Notes: generated by a model not told the origin, from the sequence alone. A DNA stretch of 58,787 nt, filler included, from 6 parts of 6 records of this genome joined end to end with filler, not necessarily neighbours in it, one strand, 5' to 3'; shown: positions 20,460 through 30,199, numbered from the whole stretch's first letter. Program-made: numbers and translations.

Positions 20460-20657
20460 ATGAAACGATTTGAATCCGGCTCGTTGATTCCAGGTGCCAC
20501 CTGGCATGCCGAAGCGGAAAGCGAGGCAGAAGTGGTCCGAAAGGCCGTCGATAACCTGCGCACATTGCACGGGGAAACCGAAGTGCGGCCCGACATGATC
20601 GAACGGATCAAGGAGCGCATCGTCGACACCGACGCTAAGAGCGCCACCAAGCACTAG
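20460..20657 (+). CDS. DUF1059-like small protein
   Basis: Strong AGGAGG RBS; pattern MKxF...PG..W...AE.EAEVVR.AV..L...HG typical of DUF1059. Confidence 0.7.
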   Translation: MKRFESGSLIPGATWHAEAESEAEVVRKAVDNLRTLHGETEVRPDMIERIKERIVDTDAKSATKH

Positions 20658-20668
20658 CCCCCCAGACC

Positions 20669-21844
20669 CTAAAGTTGGACGAGCGCAAGCAGCTCGCGCT
20701 TGCCCAGCACAAAGCCACTTTCGATCCAGGCGCGTTCCAGGCGCGCCAGTGAGTTACCCATCTCCGGTCCCGGTGACATGCCGAGGCCGGTTAGATCGCG
20801 TCCATTGACTGGAAACGGCGGCACGACCGTGCCGGCAAGCGCCCGCGCGGTTTCGGCAAGCCGCGCCTGACCCCAGCCATCGCGGGCCGCGGCCACCGCC
20901 AGTCCTTCGACAGCATGTTCGCCAAAACGGTAAGCAGCCTCCCCCACATGCTCCTCCGCCAGCAATGCCGCCGCTGAAAGTACCTTTTGCGCCTGCGCAA
21001 TCGTGTCCTTGGACAGGCGCCACGCATCCTGCGCCGCGCCCAGCCCGTCACCAGCTAGCAGTGCCAGCCGCGAGATCGCCGATTGCCCGCCCATGGTTTC
21101 ATAGGCGACCAGTGCGCGTGCAGCGCTATCAGCAAAGCGCAACAGGCCCGCTTCAGCCATCAACAACAGTGTCAGTGCCACCTGCGGCAGGTCCAGCATG
21201 CGCATGATCTCGCTGCCCACCCGCTCGCGCGACAAATGCGACAGCTGCTCGGCCGCAGCCGCGCAGGCCGCCACCCCATCGGGATCAAACTGCTGGCCGC
21301 CATGGCTGGCTGAAAACCGGAAGAAGCGATAGACGCGCAGGCCATCCTCGGCGATCCGCTGGGCCGCCTCGCCAATGAAGCGAACCCGCCCGGCCAGCGC
21401 ATCCTCGATCCCGCCCAGCGGGTCAAACAGCACGCCGTCCGGGCCGCAATAAAGCGCATTGAGCGTAAAATCACGGCGGCTGGCGTCCACGCCCCAATCG
21501 GTACCGAAGGCCACCACCGCGTGGCGGCCATTGGTCTCCACATCCCGGCGCAGTGTCGTGACCTCGGCCAGCGTTTCGCCCAGCTTGAGCGTTACCGTGC
21601 CATGCTCGATCCCCGTGGGGTAGCAGGCAATGCCGGCAGCCTTTGCGCGGGCCACCACCGCTTCGGGCAGCAATTCGGTCGCCAGATCGATATCGGGATT
21701 GGGCCGTTGCCGGTCCACAATGGTGTCGCGCACCACCCCGCCCACCGCGCGGGTGCGCCCCTGCGCCCCGTCCAGTGCGGCAAAGATCGCCTGAGTTTCA
21801 GCACGCACCAGCCATTCGGCGCTCCTGAGAGCCTCAACGCTCAT
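20669..21844 (-). CDS. cca: CCA tRNA nucleotidyltransferase
   Basis: VGGVVRD, DIDLAT, EVTTLR, RRDFTLNAL and EDGLR; ATGA overlap with the upstream NUDIX gene. Confidence 0.9.
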   Translation of the reverse strand: MSVEALRSAEWLVRAETQAIFAALDGAQGRTRAVGGVVRDTIVDRQRPNPDIDLATELLPEAVVARAKAAGIACYPTGIEHGTVTLKLGETLAEVTTLRRDVETNGRHAVVAFGTDWGVDASRRDFTLNALYCGPDGVLFDPLGGIEDALAGRVRFIGEAAQRIAEDGLRVYRFFRFSASHGGQQFDPDGVAACAAAAEQLSHLSRERVGSEIMRMLDLPQVALTLLLMAEAGLLRFADSAARALVAYETMGGQSAISRLALLAGDGLGAAQDAWRLSKDTIAQAQKVLSAAALLAEEHVGEAAYRFGEHAVEGLAVAAARDGWGQARLAETARALAGTVVPPFPVNGRDLTGLGMSPGPEMGNSLARLERAWIESGFVLGKRELLALVQL

Positions 21845-22467
21845 GGAACGGCCTCGCTGGTGGCAATATCGCGGAACTGGCGGGTGATATTGGCCGTGAT
21901 TCCCCAAATACGATGACCGTCATGGTCGATCTGCCAGGTGCGATGCTCTTTGCCATCCCGCTTGATACGGAATTGCCCATAGCTCTCGGGCCGCAGGATG
22001 CGCTGCAGCGGCACCTCGAACACCGAATGCACCTCACCCGGATTGGGCACAAAGGGCCCGCTCGGCTCAACCACTGCCACCACCGGCGTGATCAGATAAT
22101 TGGTGCCGGTGAAATAGGGCAGCATGAACCCCACCACCCGCGCATCGCTGCGCGCCATGCCCACTTCCTCATAGGCTTCGCGCAGCGCGGCGGCAGCGAC
22201 ATCATCATCGCCAGCATCCACCTTGCCACCGGGAAACGCCACCTGCCCCGAATGCGCCCGCAGGTCTGGCGAGCGCTCGGTATAGAGCACAGTGAACCCC
22301 TCGGGCCGCCGCACCAGTGCAATCAGCACCGCCGCGGGAACCGGCGGACGCTCAAAGGGCCGCGACGGCGCCCAGTCAGGCGTCAGCATATGCGCAGCCG
22401 GCAGCGCGGGCGGCGACAACAGCAGGCGCGTTGTCAGGCGGTCGATAATGGTATTGTCGGGGGGCAA
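21841..22467 (-). CDS. CoA pyrophosphatase (NudL-like NUDIX hydrolase)
   Basis: HSGQVAFPGG, AALREAYEEVG and IWGITA. Confidence 0.9.
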   Translation of the reverse strand: MPPDNTIIDRLTTRLLLSPPALPAAHMLTPDWAPSRPFERPPVPAAVLIALVRRPEGFTVLYTERSPDLRAHSGQVAFPGGKVDAGDDDVAAAALREAYEEVGMARSDARVVGFMLPYFTGTNYLITPVVAVVEPSGPFVPNPGEVHSVFEVPLQRILRPESYGQFRIKRDGKEHRTWQIDHDGHRIWGITANITRQFRDIATSEAVP

Positions 22468-22567
22468 GCAAACACCGGATACGTCGTCGAAAAAGCCAGC
22501 TTAAAGCACCAGCCCTTGGCCGGTCCACACTGTTTGACCTGTTGGTCAACATTGCTGGCGGCCGAAC

Positions 22568-23128
22568 TCAGTCCTCGATAAACGCTTCGATGGGACCCGC
22601 CAGCGTTTGCGCCAGGCTCTTGTCGGCCGCAAACAGCAGCACCCGCTCGGGGTCAACCGGGCCGGGAAATTCGATATTGCCCAGCGTGGTCGGCTCCCAG
22701 CCCAACGGGCAGTAATAGTCGCGGTCACCCACCAGCATGACGAAACTGCCTTCGCCCCGGGCCAGCGTGCGCGCGGTCACTTCACGGGCCAGCAGCTTGC
22801 CCGCGCCCAGCTTGCGGAAATCGGGATGGGTGGCCAGTGGCCCCAGCATATAGCCATTAATGCCGCCAATCGAGATCGGGGTCATCCAAACCGAGCCACA
22901 CGGCGTGCCGTCCACCTCGGCAATCAGGCTCAGGCTCATATCAATGGGAAACCGCTCGCGAATGCGAAACGCCGTGCGCGCAAACCGGCCCGGGCCAAAG
23001 GCGATGGCCTGCAGTTCATCAATGAAATCAGAGTCTCCCGCGCGTGTCGCGGCACGCACCGTAGGTACCCGGACAGCGTTGGGGGAGGCAGGGTCGGCCG
23101 CAGCCGGAGGCGCAGAAGGAGAGGACAT
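22568..23128 (-). CDS. GNAT family N-acetyltransferase
   Basis: AFGPGRFARTA, LGPLA, acetyl-CoA loop RKLGAG, LVGDRDYY; start ATG 23128 (or TTG 23143). Confidence 0.85.
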   Translation of the reverse strand: MSSPSAPPAAADPASPNAVRVPTVRAATRAGDSDFIDELQAIAFGPGRFARTAFRIRERFPIDMSLSLIAEVDGTPCGSVWMTPISIGGINGYMLGPLATHPDFRKLGAGKLLAREVTARTLARGEGSFVMLVGDRDYYCPLGWEPTTLGNIEFPGPVDPERVLLFAADKSLAQTLAGPIEAFIED

Positions 23129-23197
23129 ATCAAGACCCGACAAAGCAATGCGTAGTACAAACCCGGCGCTCGTCTGAGCACCGATTCAAAGGACCCG

Positions 23198-23233
23198 TTA
23201 CGGTCGTCGAACTACCTGCAATACTTTCGCCAT
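23198..23233 (-). CDS. Candidate leader peptide MAKVLQVVRRP
   Basis: GGAGG 8 nt before the ATG; ends CGA-CGA-CCG-TAA; followed by a hairpin (23164-23183) and then the GNAT gene. Confidence 0.4.
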   Translation of the reverse strand: MAKVLQVVRRP

Positions 23234-23478
23234 CCTGGGCGCCTCCACGCCGAGATTCCGCATTAGCATCGCCGCGATTGGACGTAAACAAAAACTCATC
23301 GGCAGACCCTGCAAAAACCGAGACCCGCACCGAGTCTGTGTTCAAAATACACAACGCTTCGTTACGCCATTGCGCTCTTATCGTTCGCGCGCCCAGCGCG
23401 TATGTGTCAGTCAACGCAAATGACAGCTGGAAGTTCACGCCAGCAAAACGTCGAGAACATGACGGAAAGGCTCGCCCC

Positions 23479-24438
23479 ATGGGACAGTTGATTGACGGCA
23501 AATGGTCCAGCCAGTGGTACGACACCAAAAAGACCGGTGGTAAGTTCGAACGCAGCCAGGCGGGCTTCCGTAACTGGGTAACCGCTGACGGCGCCGCCGG
23601 TCCCTCGGGCGAAGGCGGTTTCAAGGCCGAGGCGGGGCGCTACCACCTCTATGTGTCGCTGGCCTGCCCCTGGGCCCACCGCACCCTGATCTTCCGCAAG
23701 CTGAAGAACCTGGAAGACCTGATCTCGGTGTCGGTCGTCGCCCATAAAATGGCCGACGAGACCGGCTGGACCTTCGACAAGGCCAATGGCTCCACCGGCG
23801 ATCACCTGTTCGACAAGGAAAAGCTCTGGCAGGTCTACACCCACGCCGTGCCGGACTATACCGGCCGCGTGACCGTGCCCGTGCTGTGGGACAAGCAGAC
23901 CGGCACCATCGTTTCCAATGAAAGCTCCGAAATCATCCGCATGTTCAACTCGGCCTTCAACGAGCTGACCGGCAACACCGATGATTATTACCCCGAAGCG
24001 CTGCAGGCCACGATCGATCCGATCAATGCCCGCGTCTATGATGACATCAACAATGGCGTCTACAAGGCCGGCTTTGCCACCACCCAGGAAGCCTATGACG
24101 GCGCGGTCGCCAAGCTGTTTGAGTCACTGGACTGGGTAGAAGCCATTCTGGGCGAGACCTCATACCTGACCGGCGACACCATCACCGAGGCCGATTGGCG
24201 CCTGTTCACCACACTGGTGCGGTTCGATGCGGTCTATGTCGGCCACTTCAAGTGCAATCGCCAGCGCATTGCCGACTACAAGAACATCTCGCACTATCTC
24301 AAGGCGCTCTACGAGGTGCCCGGCGTCAAGGAAACTGTCGATCTCGACCATATCCGCACGCATTATTACTGGAGCCACATCACCATCAACCCAACCCGTA
24401 TCATCCCCATCGGGCCGGAACTCCCTTTCCTCGACTAG
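23479..24438 (+). CDS. yqjG: Glutathionyl-hydroquinone reductase (omega/xi-class GST)
   Basis: GRYHLYVSLACPWAHR, VTVPVLWD, NNGVYK and RFDAVY..HFKCN; start MGQLIDG. Confidence 0.9.
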   Translation: MGQLIDGKWSSQWYDTKKTGGKFERSQAGFRNWVTADGAAGPSGEGGFKAEAGRYHLYVSLACPWAHRTLIFRKLKNLEDLISVSVVAHKMADETGWTFDKANGSTGDHLFDKEKLWQVYTHAVPDYTGRVTVPVLWDKQTGTIVSNESSEIIRMFNSAFNELTGNTDDYYPEALQATIDPINARVYDDINNGVYKAGFATTQEAYDGAVAKLFESLDWVEAILGETSYLTGDTITEADWRLFTTLVRFDAVYVGHFKCNRQRIADYKNISHYLKALYEVPGVKETVDLDHIRTHYYWSHITINPTRIIPIGPELPFLD

Positions 24439-24465
24439 CCTAGAAGAGCACGCGCCGCGGCTGGG

Positions 24466-24942
24466 TCAGTAGCCCCAGACGTCGCGGCGCGGCACTTTGT
24501 CGAAATACTCGTCGATCCGCTGCGAGGTGGCGGGCGTGACCTTCTCAGGCAGCGCCCGGCGGTCGAACCACCTCGCTTCGGCAATTTCGCGGTTGGGTTT
24601 GAACACAAAGGCCTGCTCGAACTGCGTGGCAACGTAAAACGCCACATGGTCGCGATCGGTCACCGTGCTGGTATTGTGAAAGATATGCTGCAGCGCCATT
24701 TCACCCGTCACGCGATAGCCGGTTTCTTCCTCGACCTCGCGTCGTGCCGCTGATTCCACGGTTTCACCGGGATCAACCCCGCCACCCGGAAACTGCCAGC
24801 CCGGCACATAGGTGTGGCGAATAAGGAAAACCTTGTCGCCATCCACCAGCATCACACGAGCGCCCACCGTCAGCCGGTGCCAGATGCCCTTGAGGGTCAA
24901 AAACACCTTGGCACGCACCCGCTGGAAGCGATTCATCTGCAT
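24466..24942 (-). CDS. NUDIX hydrolase
   Basis: PGGGVDPGETVESAARREVEEETG; AGGAG RBS before ATG 24942. Confidence 0.88.
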   Translation of the reverse strand: MQMNRFQRVRAKVFLTLKGIWHRLTVGARVMLVDGDKVFLIRHTYVPGWQFPGGGVDPGETVESAARREVEEETGYRVTGEMALQHIFHNTSTVTDRDHVAFYVATQFEQAFVFKPNREIAEARWFDRRALPEKVTPATSQRIDEYFDKVPRRDVWGY

Positions 24943-25052
24943 CGGGAGAACTCCTTTTGCCGCATGGGTAGCAGAGTCTTGATCATGACAAAATTCACGC
25001 TCGAGGCGATTGAGCATTTTCTTGCCAGCTTCGTTCTGGCATTACGCCCGCA

Positions 25053-25943
25053 ATGATCAATCTTGCCCACATCTCCGATATCCACCTCTCCCCCATGCCC
25101 CAGGTGGGCTGGCGCGACCTGTTGGGTAAACGCATAACCGGCTATCTGAACTGGAAGCTGAAGCGGCACGACGAGCTCAACAGCGAGACACTGGCGGCCC
25201 TGGTGCGCCATTTGCAGGCCCAGAAAGCTGACTTCACCGCTGTCACCGGCGATCTGGTCAATCTGGCCCTGCCCGCTGAAATCGAGCGCGCTGGCGACTG
25301 GCTGAACGCGCTCGGCGCAGCCGACAAGGTCGCCGTCTGCCCGGGCAATCACGACGCCTATGTGCCCGGTGCGCTGGAATCGGCACAGAAGGTCTGGGGC
25401 GAATACCTCAAGGGCGAAACGCTCGATGATGGCGACTTTCCCTTTGTCCGCCGAATTGGTGAGCTGGCTGTCATCTCCTGCTCAAGCGCAGTGCCGACCC
25501 GGCCATTCCTAGCCATCGGCCGCTTCGACGAAGCCCAGGCCGAGCGGCTGGGCCGGATTTTGCGCGTCATGGGCGAGGCGGACTATTTCCGCACCGTGCT
25601 GATCCATCATCCGCCCAATCCCGAGCTGCAGCATCCCTCATTTGGCCTCAAGGGTCACAAGCTGTTCCGCGAAGTGATTGCCGAGCATGGCGCCGAGCTG
25701 ATCCTGCACGGCCATACCCATCGCTCCTCAATCCACTCCATTCCAGGCAATAAGGGCGAAGTGCCCGTGGTCGGCGTCGCCGCTGCCAGCGCCGCACAGG
25801 GCGGCACGCTGGACGATCCAGCCCGCTACAATCTGTTCCGGATCGAGCGGGCCGGTGATGGCTGGACCTGCACGATGCGCGAATTCGGCTTTCAGCGTCT
25901 GGGCACCGAAATCGTCATGCGCCTGCAGATGCGTATCTGCTAG
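25053..25943 (+). CDS. Calcineurin-like metallophosphoesterase (CpdA-like)
   Basis: SDIH, TGD, GNHD, HHPP and HGHTH. Confidence 0.9.
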   Translation: MINLAHISDIHLSPMPQVGWRDLLGKRITGYLNWKLKRHDELNSETLAALVRHLQAQKADFTAVTGDLVNLALPAEIERAGDWLNALGAADKVAVCPGNHDAYVPGALESAQKVWGEYLKGETLDDGDFPFVRRIGELAVISCSSAVPTRPFLAIGRFDEAQAERLGRILRVMGEADYFRTVLIHHPPNPELQHPSFGLKGHKLFREVIAEHGAELILHGHTHRSSIHSIPGNKGEVPVVGVAAASAAQGGTLDDPARYNLFRIERAGDGWTCTMREFGFQRLGTEIVMRLQMRIC

Positions 25944-26365
25944 TCACCCAGCTTGCTGCGTGCCCCCTCGTGCAGGGACGCCGCCTCCGGCGACATGGTC
26001 GCCTCGAAATCGCTCATCTCGTAAAGGGGGCGAATTTCAATCTCACTGGGACCCGGCATGGGGTTGGGGCAACGCTTGACCCATTCAAGCGCATGATCCA
26101 TGTCGCGCACCTGCCACAGCCAGTAACCGGCCACCAATTCCTTGGTTTCGGCGAATGGCCCGTCGATCACGGTACGGCTGGCCCCGTCAAAGGCCACACG
26201 TTTGCCGTGCTTTGACGGCTTGAGCCCATCGCCGGCCAGCAAAATGCCTGCATCGACCAGTTCATTGTTGTACCGCCCCATTGCTTCTAGCAATTCCGCG
26301 CTGGGTGCCGGGGTCTCTTCGGCTTCACTATCGGTAGTGGCTTTGACAAAAACCATGACGCGCAT
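25940..26365 (-). CDS. YciI/DGPF family protein
   Basis: DGPFAETKELVAGYW and EIEIRP; GGAG RBS. Confidence 0.9.
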   Translation of the reverse strand: MRVMVFVKATTDSEAEETPAPSAELLEAMGRYNNELVDAGILLAGDGLKPSKHGKRVAFDGASRTVIDGPFAETKELVAGYWLWQVRDMDHALEWVKRCPNPMPGPSEIEIRPLYEMSDFEATMSPEAASLHEGARSKLGD

Positions 26366-26487
26366 CTCAATTTCTCCGTGTTGCGGGAGCACCATGCCCC
26401 TTCATAACGTCACGACGGATGAGCACAGACAAGTTCGACATGTCGTGATCCGCCATTCCTCTCCCTTCGGGGGCGCAAATCACCTAT

Positions 26488-27486
26488 ATGATGGCTAACC
26501 AAGTCAGCCCCGCCGAGTGTCCAGCTTTGACTGATCAGTTTCTTATCGAGCGCCCCACCTTCGACCCCGCCACCGGCCAGGCCCGTTTCAGCTATGCTCT
26601 GGGCGGTCTGCACTTCGTCGAAACCCTCGACATGCCCGCTGGCGCCGATAGCGCCGCGGCCACCAGCCCCAACTTCCTCAAGCTGCTCAATCTGACCGCA
26701 TTTGTGCTTGGCGTGAGCTATTTCAAGCTCAAGGCACCGTTCGAGATCGCCGCGCCCGAAATTGCCCTGTCCGAGGCTGAGCGCGCCTTTGCCATCGACG
26801 TCTATGAAAACGGGCTGGGCGAATTCTACGCTCGCAACGATCTGCCTCGCTTCGGCAAACTAACCATCAACGCCCCCGTCGATCCGGTGGAAAGACTGCC
26901 GGCGCTCGACCTGCCCGACCGCACCCTGCTGCCCATTGGTGGCGGCAAGGATTCCCTGGTCAGCGTTGATCTGCTGACCCATACCGGAGTCAGCTTCACC
27001 CCCTTTGCGGTCAATCCAAAGGGCCCCATCCTGACCTCGGTCGAGACCATCGGCACCCCACCGGTCTATGTCACCCGCACGCTTGATGCCGAGATGATCC
27101 GTCTGGGCAGCCAGCCCGGCTATTACAACGGCCACGTGCCCTCAACCGCGATCAACTCGATGATCGCCGCGCTGTGCTCTCTGCTGTTTGGCTACAACCA
27201 GATCGTGCTGTCCAACGAGCGCTCGGCCAGCGAAGGCAATGTCGAGTTCGACGGTCGCGAGACCAATCACCAATATTCCAAGTCGCTCGGTTTCGAGCTG
27301 CTGATCGCCGACGTGCTGGCCAATGCCACCGGCGGCGCCCTGAAGTATTTTTCCCTGCTGCGCCCCTATTCGGAAGCCCGCATCGCTTCGCTGTTTACCC
27401 ATGAAGACAAGTTCGACCACGTGTTTTCCAGCTGCAACCGCAATTTCCGTCTGACCGGCAATGACGGCCCGCTCTGGTGCGGCGAA
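26488..27486 (+). CDS. murL: MurL-like UDP-MurNAc-L-Ala-L-Glu epimerase (3' truncated by contig end)
   Basis: PP-loop GGGKDS, NGHVP, SNERSA, NHQYSKS, SLLRP, FSSCNRNF and WCG; true start may be TTG 26527. Confidence 0.72.
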
Positions 27487-27586
27487 NNNNNNNNNNNNNN
27501 NNNNNNNNNNNNNNNNNNNNNNNNNNNNNNTTAATTAATTAANNNNNNNNNNNNNNNNNNNNNNNNNNNNNNNNNNNNNNNNNNNN
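27487..27586. other. Artificial contig linker
   Basis: 44 N + TTAATTAATTAA + 44 N. Confidence 0.99.
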
Positions 27587-27593
27587 CAAGCAA

Positions 27594-28073
27594 ATGACCA
27601 ATCCTGTCACCAAAGATCGGCGTCATTTTGAAGACCTCGCCGTGGGCGAAGTCATAGATCTGGGTCGCACCGCCGTCTCCAAGGAGATGATCATCACCTT
27701 CGCGCGCGAGTTCGACCCCTTTCCTTTTCATCTCGACGAGGAAGCGGCCAAGGCGAGCCTCCTCGGAGGCCTCGCCTCCAGTGGCTGGCAAACCGGTGCC
27801 CTGAGCCTCAAAATGCTGGTCGACAGCTTCCTCTCGACCATCGCCTCTTGTGGCGGCCTGGGTTTTCGCGACCTCAAATGGAAGACCCCGGTCATGGTCG
27901 GCGACACCATTGGCGGCAAGGTCACCATTGCCGAATTGCGCCGTTCCGAGAGCCACCCTCAATGGGGCATTGTCACCCTCGATTTCGACGTCCGCAACCA
28001 GAAGGACAAGACGGTGCTGACCATGCGCCTCGCCAATCTGGTTGAGTGCCGCACGCCGGAGGCGGCAGCATGA
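27594..28073 (+). CDS. MaoC-like hotdog-fold dehydratase
   Basis: FAREFDPFPFHLD, ASSGWQT and WKTPVMVGD. Confidence 0.85.
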   Translation: MTNPVTKDRRHFEDLAVGEVIDLGRTAVSKEMIITFAREFDPFPFHLDEEAAKASLLGGLASSGWQTGALSLKMLVDSFLSTIASCGGLGFRDLKWKTPVMVGDTIGGKVTIAELRRSESHPQWGIVTLDFDVRNQKDKTVLTMRLANLVECRTPEAAA

Positions 28074-28627
28074 CCCGCTGGTTCGAAGACATCACTATCA
28101 ACGAAGCCTTCCCGCTCGGCGATCACACCTTCTCCGCCGAAGAGATCATCCGCTTCGCCACCCTCTACGACCCGCAATATTTCCACACCGACCCCGAGCT
28201 GGCCAAACACAGCCATTTCGGCGGCCTGATCGCCTCGGGCTGGCACACGGTCAGCGTCGGACACCGCAAGATGGTCGATGCGCTGTTTGCTGAAGAGGAG
28301 CGCCTGCGCGGCCTGGGCCAGGAACCAGGTGTCTCCGGCCCCTCCCCCGGGGTTAACTCAATGGACTTCAAGGCGCCCGTCCGCCCCGGCGACACCGTCA
28401 CCTATACCTTGACCGTCACCGACAAGCGCCCGTCCAATTCCATTCCCGGCTGGGGTCTGCTGTTCAACCAGCTCACGGCTGTAAACCAACACGGCGAACT
28501 GGTCTATGAGGCCCATTTGGTTGGCTTCTCCAAGCTGCGCGACTATGTCATGCCGCTCAAACTCCGTCTGTTGCTCGCAATCACCAAAGTGCCGGTTCTC
28601 TCAAAGCTGATCAGACGCGCCTCTTGA
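28070..28627 (+). CDS. MaoC-like hotdog-fold dehydratase
   Basis: FATLYDPQYFHTD, LIASGWHT and PVRPGD; ATGA overlap. Confidence 0.85.
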   Translation: MTRWFEDITINEAFPLGDHTFSAEEIIRFATLYDPQYFHTDPELAKHSHFGGLIASGWHTVSVGHRKMVDALFAEEERLRGLGQEPGVSGPSPGVNSMDFKAPVRPGDTVTYTLTVTDKRPSNSIPGWGLLFNQLTAVNQHGELVYEAHLVGFSKLRDYVMPLKLRLLLAITKVPVLSKLIRRAS

Positions 28628-28658
28628 TCGTGTCACGGTGCATCGGCATGCTCTGGCC

Positions 28659-29003
28659 ATGCGCCGATTCGCCCTTTGCCTCGCCCTCACCGCCCTGTCT
28701 GCCGCGCCGGCTCTTGCCCAGGCCTTTCAGGGCAATTGGAGTTGCCGCGATGCCACCACCAATCGCGTCGGCATTCTGACCATTTATGGCCAGGTGTATG
28801 GCTGGGCCTCGCGCGCCGCCAACGACCCCAATTCCGGCACGGGCACCCTGACCCCCTATCAGGACGGCGTCGGTTTCAACGACGGCAATCTGCGCGCCAA
28901 TGCCGCCATCCAGGCCGGCCGGCTGGTTGATGACGCCAATTTTGGCACCGCCCTGCAGCTCGAAACCGCTGACACCATCGTCATGCTCTGCCACCCGCGC
29001 TAG
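28659..29003 (+). CDS. Hypothetical exported protein
   Basis: Signal peptide MRRFAL...ALAQA; terminal Cys pair; host-like codon usage. Confidence 0.7.
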   Translation: MRRFALCLALTALSAAPALAQAFQGNWSCRDATTNRVGILTIYGQVYGWASRAANDPNSGTGTLTPYQDGVGFNDGNLRANAAIQAGRLVDDANFGTALQLETADTIVMLCHPR

Positions 29004-29074
29004 ATCGGGCCTGCCTCTCCCCCAAAAGCAGGGGTTGAACTTTTTCGTCTTTTCCCGCATTTAGAGAGGGCAGT

Positions 29075-29152
29075 GCCGGGCCCCTCTGGTCATAGCCCCT
29101 TGCTATGGCGATGTCGGAACTGCTCCACTTATTCACATGGAGAAGGTCCGGC
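29075..29152 (+). promoter_or_regulatory. Structured 5' leader of terC (candidate terC-motif-like cis-regulatory RNA)
   Basis: Closing stem GCCGGGCC/GGTCCGGC encloses hairpins GTCATAGC/GCTATGGC and CTCCA/TGGAG; the latter hides the RBS. Confidence 0.5.
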
Positions 29153-29153
29153 G

Positions 29154-30173
29154 ATGGAATCGCTTCTTGCCGCCCTTTCGGGCGATTTTCTCGGTACACC
29201 AACGTATTTTTGGGTCGCGTTTATCGCGATCGTCATAGCTCTGCTTGTCTTCGACCTCGGCATATTGCATCGCCATGAGCACGAGATTGAAGCCAAGGAG
29301 AGCCTGCTGCTCTACGGCTTTTATGTCCTGATTGCCCTGGCCTTCGGCGCCTGGGTCTGGTTCAGCCGCGGCGCGCAATCCGGTCTCGAATTCTACACCG
29401 GCTATCTTATCGAGCAGTCACTGGCGATGGACAATATGTTCGTCATCGCCACCATTTTCGGCTTCCTCGGCATTCCCCGGCTCTATCAGCACCGCGTGCT
29501 GTTCTGGGGTATTCTGGGTGTGATCCTGTTCCGCGCCGTCCTGATCGGCGTCGGCGCTGCCCTCGTCCACCAGTTCGAAGCGATCTTGTTCCTCTTCGGC
29601 GCGTTCCTGGTGTTCACCGGCATTCGCATGTTCTCCCATTCCGACGAAGAGCCGGATATGGAGAACAACAGGATCCTCAAATTCCTGCGCGGCCATTTCC
29701 GCATTACCAACGAGCTGCGCGGCCGCCACTTCGCGGTCAAGGAGCCCGATCCAAAGACCGGCAAGCTGGTGACCTGGCTGACCCCGCTGGCCGTGGCGCT
29801 CATCATGGTCGAAATCGTCGACCTGATCTTTGCCGTAGACTCGGTGCCGGCGGTGTTTGCGGTGACCCAGGACACCTTCATCGTCTACACCTCCAACATC
29901 TTCGCCATCCTTGGCCTGCGCGCGCTCTATTTCGCACTCGCAGCGGCGATGAATCGCTTCCGCTACCTGCAGATTTCGCTGGCGATCATCCTGGTGCTCA
30001 TCGGCATCAAGATCTTCCTCGTGCCCCTGGGAATCAAGATCGACACCATGCTCTCGCTTGGCGTCACCATCGCGATCCTGGCTGGCGGCGTATTCTACTC
30101 GCTGTGGAAGACGCGCAACGAGCCCGACATCAGCGCCGAAGACGAGCCCAAGACGGGTCAGTTGGAACCCTGA
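29154..30173 (+). CDS. TerC/Alx family metal homeostasis membrane protein
   Basis: EQSLAMDNMFV, QHRVLFWG, DLIFAVDSVPA and SNIFAILGLRALYF. Confidence 0.93.
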   Translation: MESLLAALSGDFLGTPTYFWVAFIAIVIALLVFDLGILHRHEHEIEAKESLLLYGFYVLIALAFGAWVWFSRGAQSGLEFYTGYLIEQSLAMDNMFVIATIFGFLGIPRLYQHRVLFWGILGVILFRAVLIGVGAALVHQFEAILFLFGAFLVFTGIRMFSHSDEEPDMENNRILKFLRGHFRITNELRGRHFAVKEPDPKTGKLVTWLTPLAVALIMVEIVDLIFAVDSVPAVFAVTQDTFIVYTSNIFAILGLRALYFALAAAMNRFRYLQISLAIILVLIGIKIFLVPLGIKIDTMLSLGVTIAILAGGVFYSLWKTRNEPDISAEDEPKTGQLEP

Positions 30174-30199
30174 TCGCATTGCGCAGCGCCGTTTAAGAC

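Noticed and set aside
29004-29153. yybP-ykoY manganese riboswitch upstream of terC
   Set aside because: The characteristic GGGGAGUA and related conserved loops were not seen.
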